Assembly: GCA_945910975.1 (NCBI GenBank) | Contig: CAMDZY010000030.1 | Coordinates: forward strand, 1-13,091 | DNA: 13,091 bases | From: an uncultured Clostridia bacterium | GTDB lineage: Bacteria > Bacillota > Clostridia > Oscillospirales > Oscillospiraceae | Direction of reading: 5' to 3' | Shown here: positions 1 through 7,017 of the stretch, piece by piece | Position numbering within the stretch: the first letter of the stretch is position 1 | Layout of the letters: every line of letters begins with the position of its first letter | Made by a program: the position numbers and the translations under genes | Notes under the pieces: generated by a model | What the model saw: the letters and a program-made list of their open reading frames with translations, nothing else | Databases searched by the model: none | What the model was told of the DNA's origin: nothing

Positions 1-244
1 AAATCAGCGTGGCTTCCGGGTTGGCAAACGTCAAAATCAAGCTGAGCAGGCTCACCGCCGCATACCAGACGAACGCCATTTTTTTGCCGCATTCGTGGAT
101 CACGGGAATCATCAAAAACATGACCAGTACCGGGCAGCAAAAGGTTGCCAGCGGAATGATCTCCCCGCCCAGCATCACCACCACCGCCAATGCGCCCAAA
201 ACACCGCAAAGCGCCACGACACCCGCAGAAGTGCGTTTTTTCAT
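1..244 (-). CDS. Small multi-pass membrane protein, N-terminal part only (gene runs off the left edge); absent from the supplied ORF track
   Basis: The reverse complement of 2..244 reads ATG plus 80 sense codons with no stop: MKKRTSAGVVALCGVLGALAVVVMLGGEIIPLATFCCPVLVMFLMIPVIHECGKKMAFVWYAAVSLLSLILTFANPEATLI. It has a basic N-terminus followed by helix-length hydrophobic segments. A GAGGA 7 nt upstream of the ATG overlaps the pncB stop codon, leaving a 10-nt gap, which implies co-transcription and translational coupling with pncB. Confidence 0.6.
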   Translation of the reverse strand, partial: MKKRTSAGVVALCGVLGALAVVVMLGGEIIPLATFCCPVLVMFLMIPVIHECGKKMAFVWYAAVSLLSLILTFANPEATLI

Positions 245-254
245 GCACGCATCC

Positions 255-1703
255 TCACGCGTTGTCTTTTAAAAGCTGATACTTGATATCGTACAGCTTC
301 TTCGACAAATCCACATAATACGTATGCGGATTATCAAACCGCTTGACCTCGTCCCAGAGGGAATCGACCTGCTGGGCGCAGTAGGTGCGGATCTGCTCCA
401 GCGTGGGCAGCGAATAGACCAGATTGCCGTTTTGGAAAACCGGCACCTGCAGCTCCTTGGCAGTGAAGTCGTAGACCGTTTTGCGCTTCCACGTGGCATC
501 CGGATCAAAAATTTCCAAATCGTGGCTGTCGTCCACCGTTTCGTCATGCAGGCACAGGTAGTCCGCGATGGCCTTGCCGGTGTCGTTGCCGAAGAAGCGG
601 TACAGCTTTTTAAAGTGAGGATTGGTGATTTTTCCAGGGTCGGCGCTGATTTTGATCTTGGGAATGATCGTTCCGTTTTCCGCTTCGGTTGCAACCAACT
701 TATACACGCCGCCGAACACAGGCTCGGAGCGCGCCGTGATCAGGCGTTCGCCAACGCCGAACATATCGATCTGTGCGCCCTGGCGCAGCAAATCCTGAAT
801 GATGTACTCATCAAGCGAATTGGACACGGAAATTTTGCAGTCTGTCCAACCGGCCTCATCCAGCATCTGGCGTGCCTTGACCGTCAGGTAGGTCAGGTCG
901 CCGGAATCAAGGCGAATGCCGCAGTTTTTGATGCCGAGCGGCTTTAGCACTTCATTAAACGCGCGAATGGCGTTGGGAACGCCGCTTTTGAGCGTGTTGT
1001 AGGTGTCCACCAGCAGGGTTGCGTTGGTGGGGTAGGTTTCGCAATAGGTTTTGAAGGCTTCATATTCCGAGTCGAACATCTGCACCCATGAGTGTGCCAT
1101 GGTGCCGCCGGCATGAACGCCATAAACCTGGTCGGAAATGGTGCAGGCCGTGCCGTGGCAGCCGCCAATATACGCAGCCCGCGCGCCGATGATGGCACCG
1201 TCTGCGCCCTGTGCGCGGCGGGAGCCAAACTCCAAAACCGTCCTGCCCGCTGCAGCGCGGCAAACACGGTTGGCCTTGGTGGCGATCAGGCTCTGGTGGT
1301 TGAGCGCCAGCAAAACATAGGTTTCGATCAGCTGTGCTTCAATGGCAGGCGCACGAACGGTGAGAATCGGTTCCTTGGGGAAGATCGGCGTACCCTCCGG
1401 CACCGCCCAGATATCGCCGTGGAAACGGAAATTGCGCAGGTAGGTCAAAAATTCCTCGCAAAAGAGGTTTCTGCCACGCAGATAGGCAATATCCTCCTCG
1501 GAAAAATGAAGCTGTTGAATGTATTTTACCACCTGCTCCAAACCGGCAGCAATTGCAAAACCGGCATTGTCCGGGCAGCGGCGGAAAAACACGTCAAAAT
1601 AGCAAATTTTGTCCTTATAGCCGTTTTTTAGATAGCCATTGCCCATGGTCAGCTCATAAAAATCGCACAGCATGGACATATTGAGTTTCTCGTTGGGATT
1701 CAT
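255..1703 (-). CDS. pncB: Nicotinate phosphoribosyltransferase (Preiss-Handler NAD salvage)
   Basis: Track ORF 255..1724 carries blocks typical of bacterial NAPRTases of about 480-490 aa: MLCDFYELTMGNGYL near the N-terminus, LEFGSRRAQG, GGTMAHSWVQ and IRLDSGDL. The track start at 1724 is a TTG. The in-frame ATG at 1703 (MNPNEKLN...) has GAGG 6 nt upstream, so I place the start there. Confidence 0.93.
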   Translation of the reverse strand: MNPNEKLNMSMLCDFYELTMGNGYLKNGYKDKICYFDVFFRRCPDNAGFAIAAGLEQVVKYIQQLHFSEEDIAYLRGRNLFCEEFLTYLRNFRFHGDIWAVPEGTPIFPKEPILTVRAPAIEAQLIETYVLLALNHQSLIATKANRVCRAAAGRTVLEFGSRRAQGADGAIIGARAAYIGGCHGTACTISDQVYGVHAGGTMAHSWVQMFDSEYEAFKTYCETYPTNATLLVDTYNTLKSGVPNAIRAFNEVLKPLGIKNCGIRLDSGDLTYLTVKARQMLDEAGWTDCKISVSNSLDEYIIQDLLRQGAQIDMFGVGERLITARSEPVFGGVYKLVATEAENGTIIPKIKISADPGKITNPHFKKLYRFFGNDTGKAIADYLCLHDETVDDSHDLEIFDPDATWKRKTVYDFTAKELQVPVFQNGNLVYSLPTLEQIRTYCAQQVDSLWDEVKRFDNPHTYYVDLSKKLYDIKYQLLKDNA

Positions 1704-1749
1704 AATGTACCTCGTTTCATACAATCGGCAAAATGGGAATGCTATCCCT

Positions 1750-1777
1750 ATTATATCCCAAGAAGTCGGAATGTCAA
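1750..1777 (-). promoter_or_regulatory. SigA-type promoter for the pncB operon
   Basis: The minus strand reads TTGACA (1777..1772), a 16-nt spacer, then TATAAT (1755..1750). This lies about 45 nt upstream of the pncB ATG and immediately downstream of the terminator of the preceding minus-strand unit. Confidence 0.6.
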
Positions 1778-1801
1778 CGGTTTTTCACAAGTCGATCGCT
1801 C

Positions 1802-1841
1802 CAAAAAAGGGACTGTGCAAAGCGCATTTGCAGCAGTCCCC
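1802..1841 (-). terminator. Rho-independent terminator of the small minus-strand unit upstream of pncB
   Basis: On the minus strand the hairpin GGGACTG-C-TGCAAA-tgcgc-TTTGCA-CAGTCCC (two stacked stems) is followed directly by TTTTTTGG. It begins about 23 nt after the stop codon at 1864. In the plus orientation no T-tract follows it. Confidence 0.7.
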
Positions 1842-1863
1842 TGAAAATCGGCGCAGGTTTCAC

Positions 1864-2079
1864 TTATCGAATCAGCTCTGCCGGAATCTGTGCGTAATCG
1901 TACATGACCTCAGAATGATTGTCCCGAATGAGCTGTTTGTCCACGAGCCTCCCGCTCTCACGGTCGATTACATTTCGATAAATCTTTGATACCCTGTAAT
2001 ATTTTTCCCCTTCACGGCGGAAGTGGTGGTCTTCCTCGATAATTTCATAGCGCTGCGGGAATTGTCGTTCGCTTCGCAA
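1864..2079 (-). CDS. Hypothetical small protein (71 aa as drawn; start and frame uncertain, see findings)
   Basis: This ORF has a mixed, protein-like composition (…YEIIEEDHHFRREGEKYYRVSKIYRNVIDRESGRLVDKQLIRDNHSEVMYDYAQIPAELIR) and ends 23 nt before a strong terminator. Its only possible start is a TTG that immediately follows an in-frame TGA and has no properly spaced RBS. The well-signalled ATG at 2105 is in a different frame. Confidence 0.35.
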   Translation of the reverse strand: MRSERQFPQRYEIIEEDHHFRREGEKYYRVSKIYRNVIDRESGRLVDKQLIRDNHSEVMYDYAQIPAELIR

Positions 2080-2142
2080 TCAAGCTTGGATTTTCCTTCA
2101 TGCATCTTAGGCCTCTTTTCTACTGTATGGTTTACCGATTCA

Positions 2143-2171
2143 ATTATACACAATATCGGCATGAATTGCAA
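2143..2171 (-). promoter_or_regulatory. SigA-type promoter of the small minus-strand unit
   Basis: The minus strand reads TTGCAA (2171..2166), a 17-nt spacer, then TATAAT (2148..2143). It is followed by AAGAGG (2117..2112) and an ATG at 2105 after a 6-nt spacing. Confidence 0.55.
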
Positions 2172-2196
2172 TAACGAAGATTTCTCCGGCTCTGCA

Positions 2197-2225
2197 TTGC
2201 AAAACCGACGGCATTCGACTATAAT
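2197..2225 (+). promoter_or_regulatory. SigA-type promoter of the kinase-like gene
   Basis: TTGCAA (2197..2202), a 17-nt spacer, then TATAAT (2220..2225), about 20 nt upstream of the start codon and its GGGAGG RBS. Confidence 0.55.
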
Positions 2226-2245
2226 AGCGGCAGGGAGGAATGGTT

Positions 2246-2794
2246 ATGCAAAATCAGAGCTGTACGGTAAACGGCAGGCGCTTTATCCTGCAAGCGCTTC
2301 TCGGCAAGGGGAAGGGCGGTTATTCCTATCTGGCAAGCGACGGGGAAAAATCCTATGTGTTGAAGCAAATTCATCATGAGCCTTGCGATTACTACCAATT
2401 CGGCGACAAAATGCAAGCGGAGCTGCACGATTACCGGCAGCTGCGCGCGCTCGGGATCCGGATGCCCGAATTGATCGATGCCGATTTGGAACACGAGCGA
2501 ATTTTAAAAGAATATATCCGCGGCGAAACGATTTTTCAACTGGTGCTGCAAGACAAATTTCGGCCGGAATACCTGGAGCAAATGCAAGCCATGTGTCGTT
2601 TGCTCTATCCGGCAAACCTCAACATTGATTATTTCCCGACGAATTTTGTGGTGCAAGACGATCTGCTTTATTACGTGGATTACGAATGTAACAGCTATAT
2701 CCCGCAGTGGAATTTTGAAAATTGGGGCGTTCAATACTGGTCAAAAACGCCGGCCTTTTTGCAGTATGCCCAAAGCACGGCCGGGAAAAAATAG
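2246..2794 (+). CDS. Minimal protein-kinase-like (PKL fold) protein, 182 aa
   Basis: Numbering is from the ATG at 2246. Motifs present: Gly-rich loop LGKGKGGYSY (G20-G25), VLK lysine (K40), candidate alpha-C Glu (E59 in MQAELHDY), catalytic-loop-like NIDYFPTNFVV (D128-x4-N133) and a DFG-equivalent YYVDYE (D145). GGAGG sits 7 nt upstream of the ATG at 2246. The ATG at 2240 is only 1 nt from the RBS, so it is disfavoured. Confidence 0.7.
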   Translation: MQNQSCTVNGRRFILQALLGKGKGGYSYLASDGEKSYVLKQIHHEPCDYYQFGDKMQAELHDYRQLRALGIRMPELIDADLEHERILKEYIRGETIFQLVLQDKFRPEYLEQMQAMCRLLYPANLNIDYFPTNFVVQDDLLYYVDYECNSYIPQWNFENWGVQYWSKTPAFLQYAQSTAGKK

Positions 2795-2801
2795 GCATTT
2801 C

Positions 2802-2830
2802 TTGACTTATTGTAAAAACTGTCGTATAAT
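2802..2830 (+). promoter_or_regulatory. SigA-type promoter of the TPR/LRR gene
   Basis: TTGACT (2802..2807), a 17-nt spacer, then TATAAT (2825..2830). A GGAG lies 7 nt before the ATG at 2863. I see no terminator between 2794 and 2863, so read-through from the kinase-like gene is also possible. Confidence 0.6.
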
Positions 2831-2862
2831 ATCGGTGTATTTCAATAGAACGGAGTATCGAT

Positions 2863-4572
2863 ATGAGAAGGGCTTTGAAAATTGTCATACCGCTGCTGGT
2901 TCTGGCGCTGATCATTGGCGGCTTATATGCCTACTTCTTCATGATTTCGCCGGATACTACGGCCGTCATGCTGAAAAACTGGGGCGACAGCAGTGCGGAA
3001 AATGGCAACTACTCCCGTGCGATCCGGTTGTACGAGCTGGCATACGAATTGGATCCCGGCAATACGGATTTGGCATTTTCGCTTGCCACCTCTTATTCCG
3101 GCGCGCAGAATTATACCAAAGCAGAATATATACTGCTGGATTGCATCAAGGTGAATCCGGCGGATGTTTCCCTTTATGTTGCGCTTTCTAAGGTCTTTGT
3201 GGCGCAGGATAAGCTGTTGGATGCGCAGGAGCTGCTGGACGGTGGTTTGCCGGAGGACATCGGCAATCAGCTGCAAGCGATGCGCCCCGCTGCACCAACG
3301 CTCTGTCAGGAGCCGGGATACTATTCGGAATATGTCGATCTGGAAGTCACCGCACCGGAGGGCACGGTTTACGTATCGCTGGATGAGGAATTTCCTTCCA
3401 TGGCCGGCGGGATCTTCCGCGGTGCCACACTTCCCGGCGGTACCACACAGGTCACTGCAATTTGCGTGGGAACCAACGGTCTGGTCAGCCCGCTGACCAC
3501 CGGAGAATATACCATTGACGGCGTGATTGAAGAAGCCGTCTTTGCCGATGCCGCCATGGAAGACTATGTGCGCGAATTGCTCTACAAATCGCCGACCCAG
3601 CGCATCATGACCGATGAGCTTTGGGACATTACGGAGCTTTCCCTGCCGGAAGCCGTGACGACTCTGGAGGATCTGCATTATTTTGTGGGCTTGACCTCCC
3701 TAAGCATTTCCGCTTTGCCGGATTCGGATCTTGGCTTTTTGGAGCTTATGCCGGATCTGTCCTCGCTTACCCTCAGTGGCTGCGCTCTGACGTCCGAACA
3801 GCTGGCCGCTCTGCGCCTTGCGCCCGGACTGACCCACTTGCAGCTTGCCAATTGCAGTCTTTCCACGCTGGCGCCCTTGTCCGCTCTGACACAGCTTGCG
3901 GTGCTGGACTTGTCCGACAACTTCATCAGCGATTTAACGCCGCTTTCCGGCTGCACCGCCTTGCAGGAACTCAATTTGCAGAGCAATGGCGTTTCCGATG
4001 CGGCGCCGCTGGCGTCACTGACGGCGCTTCGGATTTTGAATCTATCGTCCAACGGCTTAAAAGACGTCAGCGCCCTGTCCGCCTGCACCAAGCTGGAGGA
4101 ACTGTATCTGTCCGGTAACAAGCTGACAACGCTGGATTGCATCAGCTCCATGACCGTTTTGCGGATTTTGGAGGTCGCCAAAAACCAGCTCAAGAACATT
4201 GGCAGCGTTTCCATGCAGCTGGAACGGTTTGACGCATCGGAAAACGTGCTGGAAAGCATCGACGGTCTTGAGCAGGTCACCACGCTGCACTACATTAACA
4301 TCAATTACAATGACGTCAAGGTGCTGCCCGACTTCTCCTCCGATTGCCAACTGCAACAGTTCTATGCCGCGCACAATTTCCTGGAGGACATCTCCGGGCT
4401 GTCCGATTTGCCGCAGCTGAACTATGTGGATATCGACTACAACAACGTTTCCTCGGTCGACAGTCTTCTGAGTTGTCCGATGATCGTGCAAATCAACGCA
4501 TTCGGAACCAATGTAAAAGATATCTCGGCCTTTAAGGACACATCTGTCATTGTCAATTACAATCCCTCATAA
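2863..4572 (+). CDS. N-terminally membrane-anchored extracytoplasmic protein: TPR-like region + chitobiase/hexosaminidase-C-like beta domain + 13 internalin-type leucine-rich repeats
   Basis: MRRALK is followed by one hydrophobic helix (IVIPLLVLALIIGGLYAYFFMI). TPR-like helices span about residues 45-125 (NGNYSRAIRLYELAYELDPGNTDLAF...). A PxxxxxPGYYSEYVDLEV...VYVSLDEEFP...TAICVG...SPLTTGEYTI block at about residues 142-218 resembles the CHB_HEX_C-type domain. From about residue 257 there are 13 repeats of roughly 22 aa fitting LxxLxLxxNxIxDxxxLxxxxx, for example LAVLDLSDNFISDLTPLSGCTA and LQELNLQSNGVSDAAPLASLTA. Confidence 0.9.
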   Translation: MRRALKIVIPLLVLALIIGGLYAYFFMISPDTTAVMLKNWGDSSAENGNYSRAIRLYELAYELDPGNTDLAFSLATSYSGAQNYTKAEYILLDCIKVNPADVSLYVALSKVFVAQDKLLDAQELLDGGLPEDIGNQLQAMRPAAPTLCQEPGYYSEYVDLEVTAPEGTVYVSLDEEFPSMAGGIFRGATLPGGTTQVTAICVGTNGLVSPLTTGEYTIDGVIEEAVFADAAMEDYVRELLYKSPTQRIMTDELWDITELSLPEAVTTLEDLHYFVGLTSLSISALPDSDLGFLELMPDLSSLTLSGCALTSEQLAALRLAPGLTHLQLANCSLSTLAPLSALTQLAVLDLSDNFISDLTPLSGCTALQELNLQSNGVSDAAPLASLTALRILNLSSNGLKDVSALSACTKLEELYLSGNKLTTLDCISSMTVLRILEVAKNQLKNIGSVSMQLERFDASENVLESIDGLEQVTTLHYININYNDVKVLPDFSSDCQLQQFYAAHNFLEDISGLSDLPQLNYVDIDYNNVSSVDSLLSCPMIVQINAFGTNVKDISAFKDTSVIVNYNPS

Positions 4573-4582
4573 CCAAATAATT

Positions 4583-4616
4583 ATGCTCCCCGTAAGACAG
4601 TTCTTATGGGGAGCAT
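4583..4616. terminator. Shared stem-loop between the convergent LRR and helicase genes (probable bidirectional terminator)
   Basis: ATGCTCCCC (4583..4591) and GGGGAGCAT (4608..4616) form perfect 9-bp arms, with further pairing possible inside the 16-nt loop. The flanks are GATTTAT on the plus side and AATTATTTGG on the minus side. It lies 10 nt after the plus-strand stop and 3 nt after the minus-strand stop. The U-tracts are modest. Confidence 0.6.
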
Positions 4617-4619
4617 GAT

Positions 4620-6770
4620 TTATGAAAGCGCTTCCAGCTTGGCGCGGATGGAGAGGGAGCGTGGTGTGGGAAGGGCATCGAATTGAATCAAATAGGCTGC
4701 ATCGTCATGGGAAAGCACGGTGCCGGTGCCGAAAATTCCGTGCCGGATGCGCTGACCTGTCGGGAAATAGGTGCGGTCGGCCTCCTCTTGCAGGAATCTA
4801 CTGTTCCAGCCAATATAGTCCTGCGCATCCCGGAGCAGGCTGTCCTGCGGCTTTGCCGTGCATTGCAGCAGTTGCGGGTCAATATCCAGCAGAAAGCGGG
4901 ATGGGTAGCGCGGTGTACCGTCCAAATTCCAGCCGCTTGCGTCCGTCAGGTACAGTCCTTTTTGCGCGCGAGTCATCGCCACGAATGCAAGGCGGCGTTC
5001 TTCCTCCATGCCGGCAAGGGTGCGCGTCTTGCGGGAGGGGAACACGCCCTCATTCATCGCGCACAAAAACACATAGGGAAATTCCAAGCCCTTTGCCGTG
5101 TGAACGGTCATGAGCTTCACCTTGTCGCAATTGTCCGCGACATCGCTGTTTGTAAACAGCGCCACGTGCGCCAGATAGTGCTCGAGCGTACTCTCCTCGC
5201 CGCAGGTCGTTTCAAATTCATAGACGGATTGCTTCAACTCCGCCAAATTGTCCAGCCGCTCCTGACTGCCTTCGGTACGAAGCATGGCTTCATAGCCGCT
5301 CTCATGGACGATCGCGGTCAGCACCTCGGAAATTGGGCGCTCGGCATAGTTTGCGGAAAATTCCGCAATCAGCGACAAAAATTGCGCCGCTTTTGTTCCC
5401 TTAAAAATATCCTGCTCCACGGTCTGCTGCAACGCCTGATACAAGGAGCAGGAATTTTGCGCCGCGTAGTCCTGCAAAAACCGAATGCGCCGCTGTCCCA
5501 AATTCCGCTTGGGAACGTTCAAAATGCGTGAAAACGACAAATCGTCCTGATAGACAATCATACGCAGGTAAGACAGCACATCTTTGATTTCCGTCCGGCC
5601 AAAGAACTGGACGCCGCTGTAAATCGTGTAAGGCAGCTTTTCGCGCAGAAATACCTCCTCCACGGTGCGCGTGATATAGTGCGCGCGATACAAAACCGTG
5701 ATGTCCCGATACGCAATGCCCTGCGTGTGCAATTCGGCAATCTGCGCGGCCATCCATGCGGCCTCGGCCTCCGCCGTTTCGGCATGGTGCCAGAGAACCG
5801 GCGCGCCGTCCGGCAAGGTGGGAAGCAGTTGTTTTTGGATGCGGTTCTTGTTTTTTCCGATCAGCGAATTGACCGCTGCAAGGATTTGCGGCGTGGAGCG
5901 ATAATTTTGCATCATAAAAATCGTCTTTACCTGCGGAAAAACCTTGTCAAAATCCAGCAAATACCGTACATTTGCACCGCGCCAAGTATAAATGGTCTGA
6001 TCCGGGTCGCCCACAATAAACAGATTCTTATGGTAGTCGCATAGTACCTCCATCAGCTTATATTGCAGCGGGTCGATATCCTGGAACTCATCGATCATGA
6101 TGTATTCCAGCCGCTTTTGCCATTTTAATCGAATCTGGGCATCCTGTGCAAAAATATAGAGCGAAAATTGGATCAAATCATTATAATCCAGCCCAAAGCA
6201 CTTTTTTTGCTGGTGCAGATATCCATAAAAGATGATGTCGTCCGGCTGGGTCGCCCTTTGATACTTTTCATACAGTGCGTCCGGGGACATTCGGATCATA
6301 TCTAAGTAATAGTCCTGCTCCGTCTGCGTTTTGCGCATTTCAATCATATCTCTGGCCTTGCCGAAGGTCATGCTGCGTAGCGTCAGGCCGCGCTCGTCAT
6401 AGATGATTTTCAGCATCGCATCAATATCCGCATTGTCCAGCACAAGAAAGCTCTTTGGATATTGCACCGCGTGGCTGTCCTCCTGCAAAATGCTCACGCA
6501 GAAGCCATGAAACGTATTGATGTACCCCGTGTCGTTGTCGCCGGTCAGGCGGTGGATCCGCTGGCGCATTTCGTTGGCGGATTTGTTTGTAAATGTGACG
6601 CACAAAATATTGCCCGGCAAAATTCCAATTTCATTGACCAGATAGGCAAAACGGCGCGCCAGCGCACGTGTTTTGCCGCTGCCGGCGCCGGCAATCACGC
6701 GGACAAAGCCTTCGGTGGTTGTAACGGCTTCGGTCTGCGCGGCATTGAGTCCTTGCAAAAGATTCTCCAA
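4620..6770 (-). CDS. UvrD/Rep/PcrA-family (SF1A) ATP-dependent DNA helicase
   Basis: All SF1 motifs can be read: AGAGSGKT (I), CVTFTNKSANEM (Ia), MIDEFQD (II), VGDPDQTIYTWRGA (III), QNYRSTPQIL (IV), TVHTAKGLEFPYVFL (V), EEERRLAFVAMTRAQ (VI). A short C-terminal beta-rich tail (GQRIRHGIFGTGTVL...IQFD) resembles the UvrD/PcrA C-terminal domain. The TTG start at 6770 is preceded by GGGGAGGG with a 6-nt spacing. Confidence 0.93.
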   Translation of the reverse strand: MENLLQGLNAAQTEAVTTTEGFVRVIAGAGSGKTRALARRFAYLVNEIGILPGNILCVTFTNKSANEMRQRIHRLTGDNDTGYINTFHGFCVSILQEDSHAVQYPKSFLVLDNADIDAMLKIIYDERGLTLRSMTFGKARDMIEMRKTQTEQDYYLDMIRMSPDALYEKYQRATQPDDIIFYGYLHQQKKCFGLDYNDLIQFSLYIFAQDAQIRLKWQKRLEYIMIDEFQDIDPLQYKLMEVLCDYHKNLFIVGDPDQTIYTWRGANVRYLLDFDKVFPQVKTIFMMQNYRSTPQILAAVNSLIGKNKNRIQKQLLPTLPDGAPVLWHHAETAEAEAAWMAAQIAELHTQGIAYRDITVLYRAHYITRTVEEVFLREKLPYTIYSGVQFFGRTEIKDVLSYLRMIVYQDDLSFSRILNVPKRNLGQRRIRFLQDYAAQNSCSLYQALQQTVEQDIFKGTKAAQFLSLIAEFSANYAERPISEVLTAIVHESGYEAMLRTEGSQERLDNLAELKQSVYEFETTCGEESTLEHYLAHVALFTNSDVADNCDKVKLMTVHTAKGLEFPYVFLCAMNEGVFPSRKTRTLAGMEEERRLAFVAMTRAQKGLYLTDASGWNLDGTPRYPSRFLLDIDPQLLQCTAKPQDSLLRDAQDYIGWNSRFLQEEADRTYFPTGQRIRHGIFGTGTVLSHDDAAYLIQFDALPTPRSLSIRAKLEALS

Positions 6771-6801
6771 GAGAAGCCCTCCCCTGCTGTGGTATAGGTA
6801 T

Positions 6802-6830
6802 ATTGTAGCACAAATGTCCTAGTTTTTAAA
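6802..6830 (-). promoter_or_regulatory. Candidate extended -10 promoter for the helicase gene
   Basis: The minus strand reads TTTAAA (6830..6825), a 17-nt spacer, then TGcTACAAT (6810..6802). The -35 is weak but a TGn extension is present. This would leave a very short leader before the RBS. Confidence 0.4.
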
Positions 6831-6944
6831 TCCCGAAAATTGTCGATTTTCGTACGAATTGCCGTTCACAATACGCGATCGCAGCCTGTATCCGGCAATC
6901 GCATTTCGCCGCCGGCAAATTTTTTCGGCCGAAGGAAAAAATAC

Positions 6945-6973
6945 TTGACAAACAGGTAGGGTTGGTGTATGAT
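6945..6973 (+). promoter_or_regulatory. SigA-type promoter of the feo operon
   Basis: TTGACA (6945..6950), a 17-nt spacer, then TATGAT (6968..6973), preceded by an A-rich tract (GAAGGAAAAAATAC). It lies about 85 nt upstream of the feoA start. Confidence 0.7.
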
Positions 6974-6976
6974 ATG

Positions 6977-7004
6977 CACGTGGTTAGTCGATGCTAACCA
7001 CGTG
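6977..7004. promoter_or_regulatory. Operator-like inverted repeat 1 (core GTTAG-N6-CTAAC) over the predicted feo transcription start
   Basis: CACGTGGTTAG-tcgatg-CTAACCACGTG has perfect 11-bp arms and starts 4 nt after the -10 hexamer. Confidence 0.5.
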
Positions 7005-7017
7005 TTTAGCCCATTTG

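Noticed and set aside
9-272. An 87-aa plus-strand ORF at the left edge
   Set aside because: The opposite strand encodes a convincing membrane protein with an RBS and coupling to pncB. The plus-strand product (…QQKVASGMISPPSITTTANAPKTPQSATTPAEV…) looks like an antisense artefact.
1704-1724. A 5' extension of pncB to the track start (MYETRYI…)
   Set aside because: The codon at 1724 is TTG without an RBS. The ATG at 1703 has GAGG at a 6-nt spacing and gives an N-terminus typical of the family.
1735-1760. Short inverted repeats around the pncB -10 region (TGGGAT…ATTCCCA, GGGAatgctaTCCC), considered as a possible NiaR/NrtR operator
   Set aside because: The arms are only 4-5 bp and imperfect, and I cannot match them to a regulator consensus from memory. 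This is within chance expectation.
4683-5531. A 282-aa plus-strand ORF and other long antisense ORFs (324..947 +, 1092..1631 +, 2923..3678 -, 3678..4283 -, 7848..8267 -, 9372..10064 -)
   Set aside because: Each lies antisense to, or out of frame within, a gene with clear family motifs (helicase, pncB, LRR protein, FeoB). Their compositions are Arg/Gly/Ala-biased and none has start signals. I treat them as shadow ORFs.
6855-6868. A LexA/Cheo-box-like sequence (CGAATTGCCGTTCA on plus; TGAAC-GGCA-ATTCG on minus) upstream of the UvrD-family helicase
   Set aside because: It is tempting because uvrD is an SOS gene in E. coli. However, one arm is mismatched (ATTC instead of GTTC), the flanking bases deviate, and the site lies about 50 bp upstream of the only plausible -10 rather than over the promoter. 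It would need a genome-wide LexA motif scan before being believed. The nearby CGAAAAT-tgtcg-ATTTTCG inverted repeat (6834..6852) is likewise unassigned.
6977-7016. Inverted repeat 1 read as an intrinsic terminator or attenuator (11-bp stem followed by TTTAGCCCATTT)
   Set aside because: The predicted transcription start falls inside the 5' arm, so the full stem would not be transcribed, and the downstream tract is interrupted by GCCC. Recurrence of the same core as shorter DNA palindromes at 7018 and 7565 favours a protein operator. An RNA role is not excluded.
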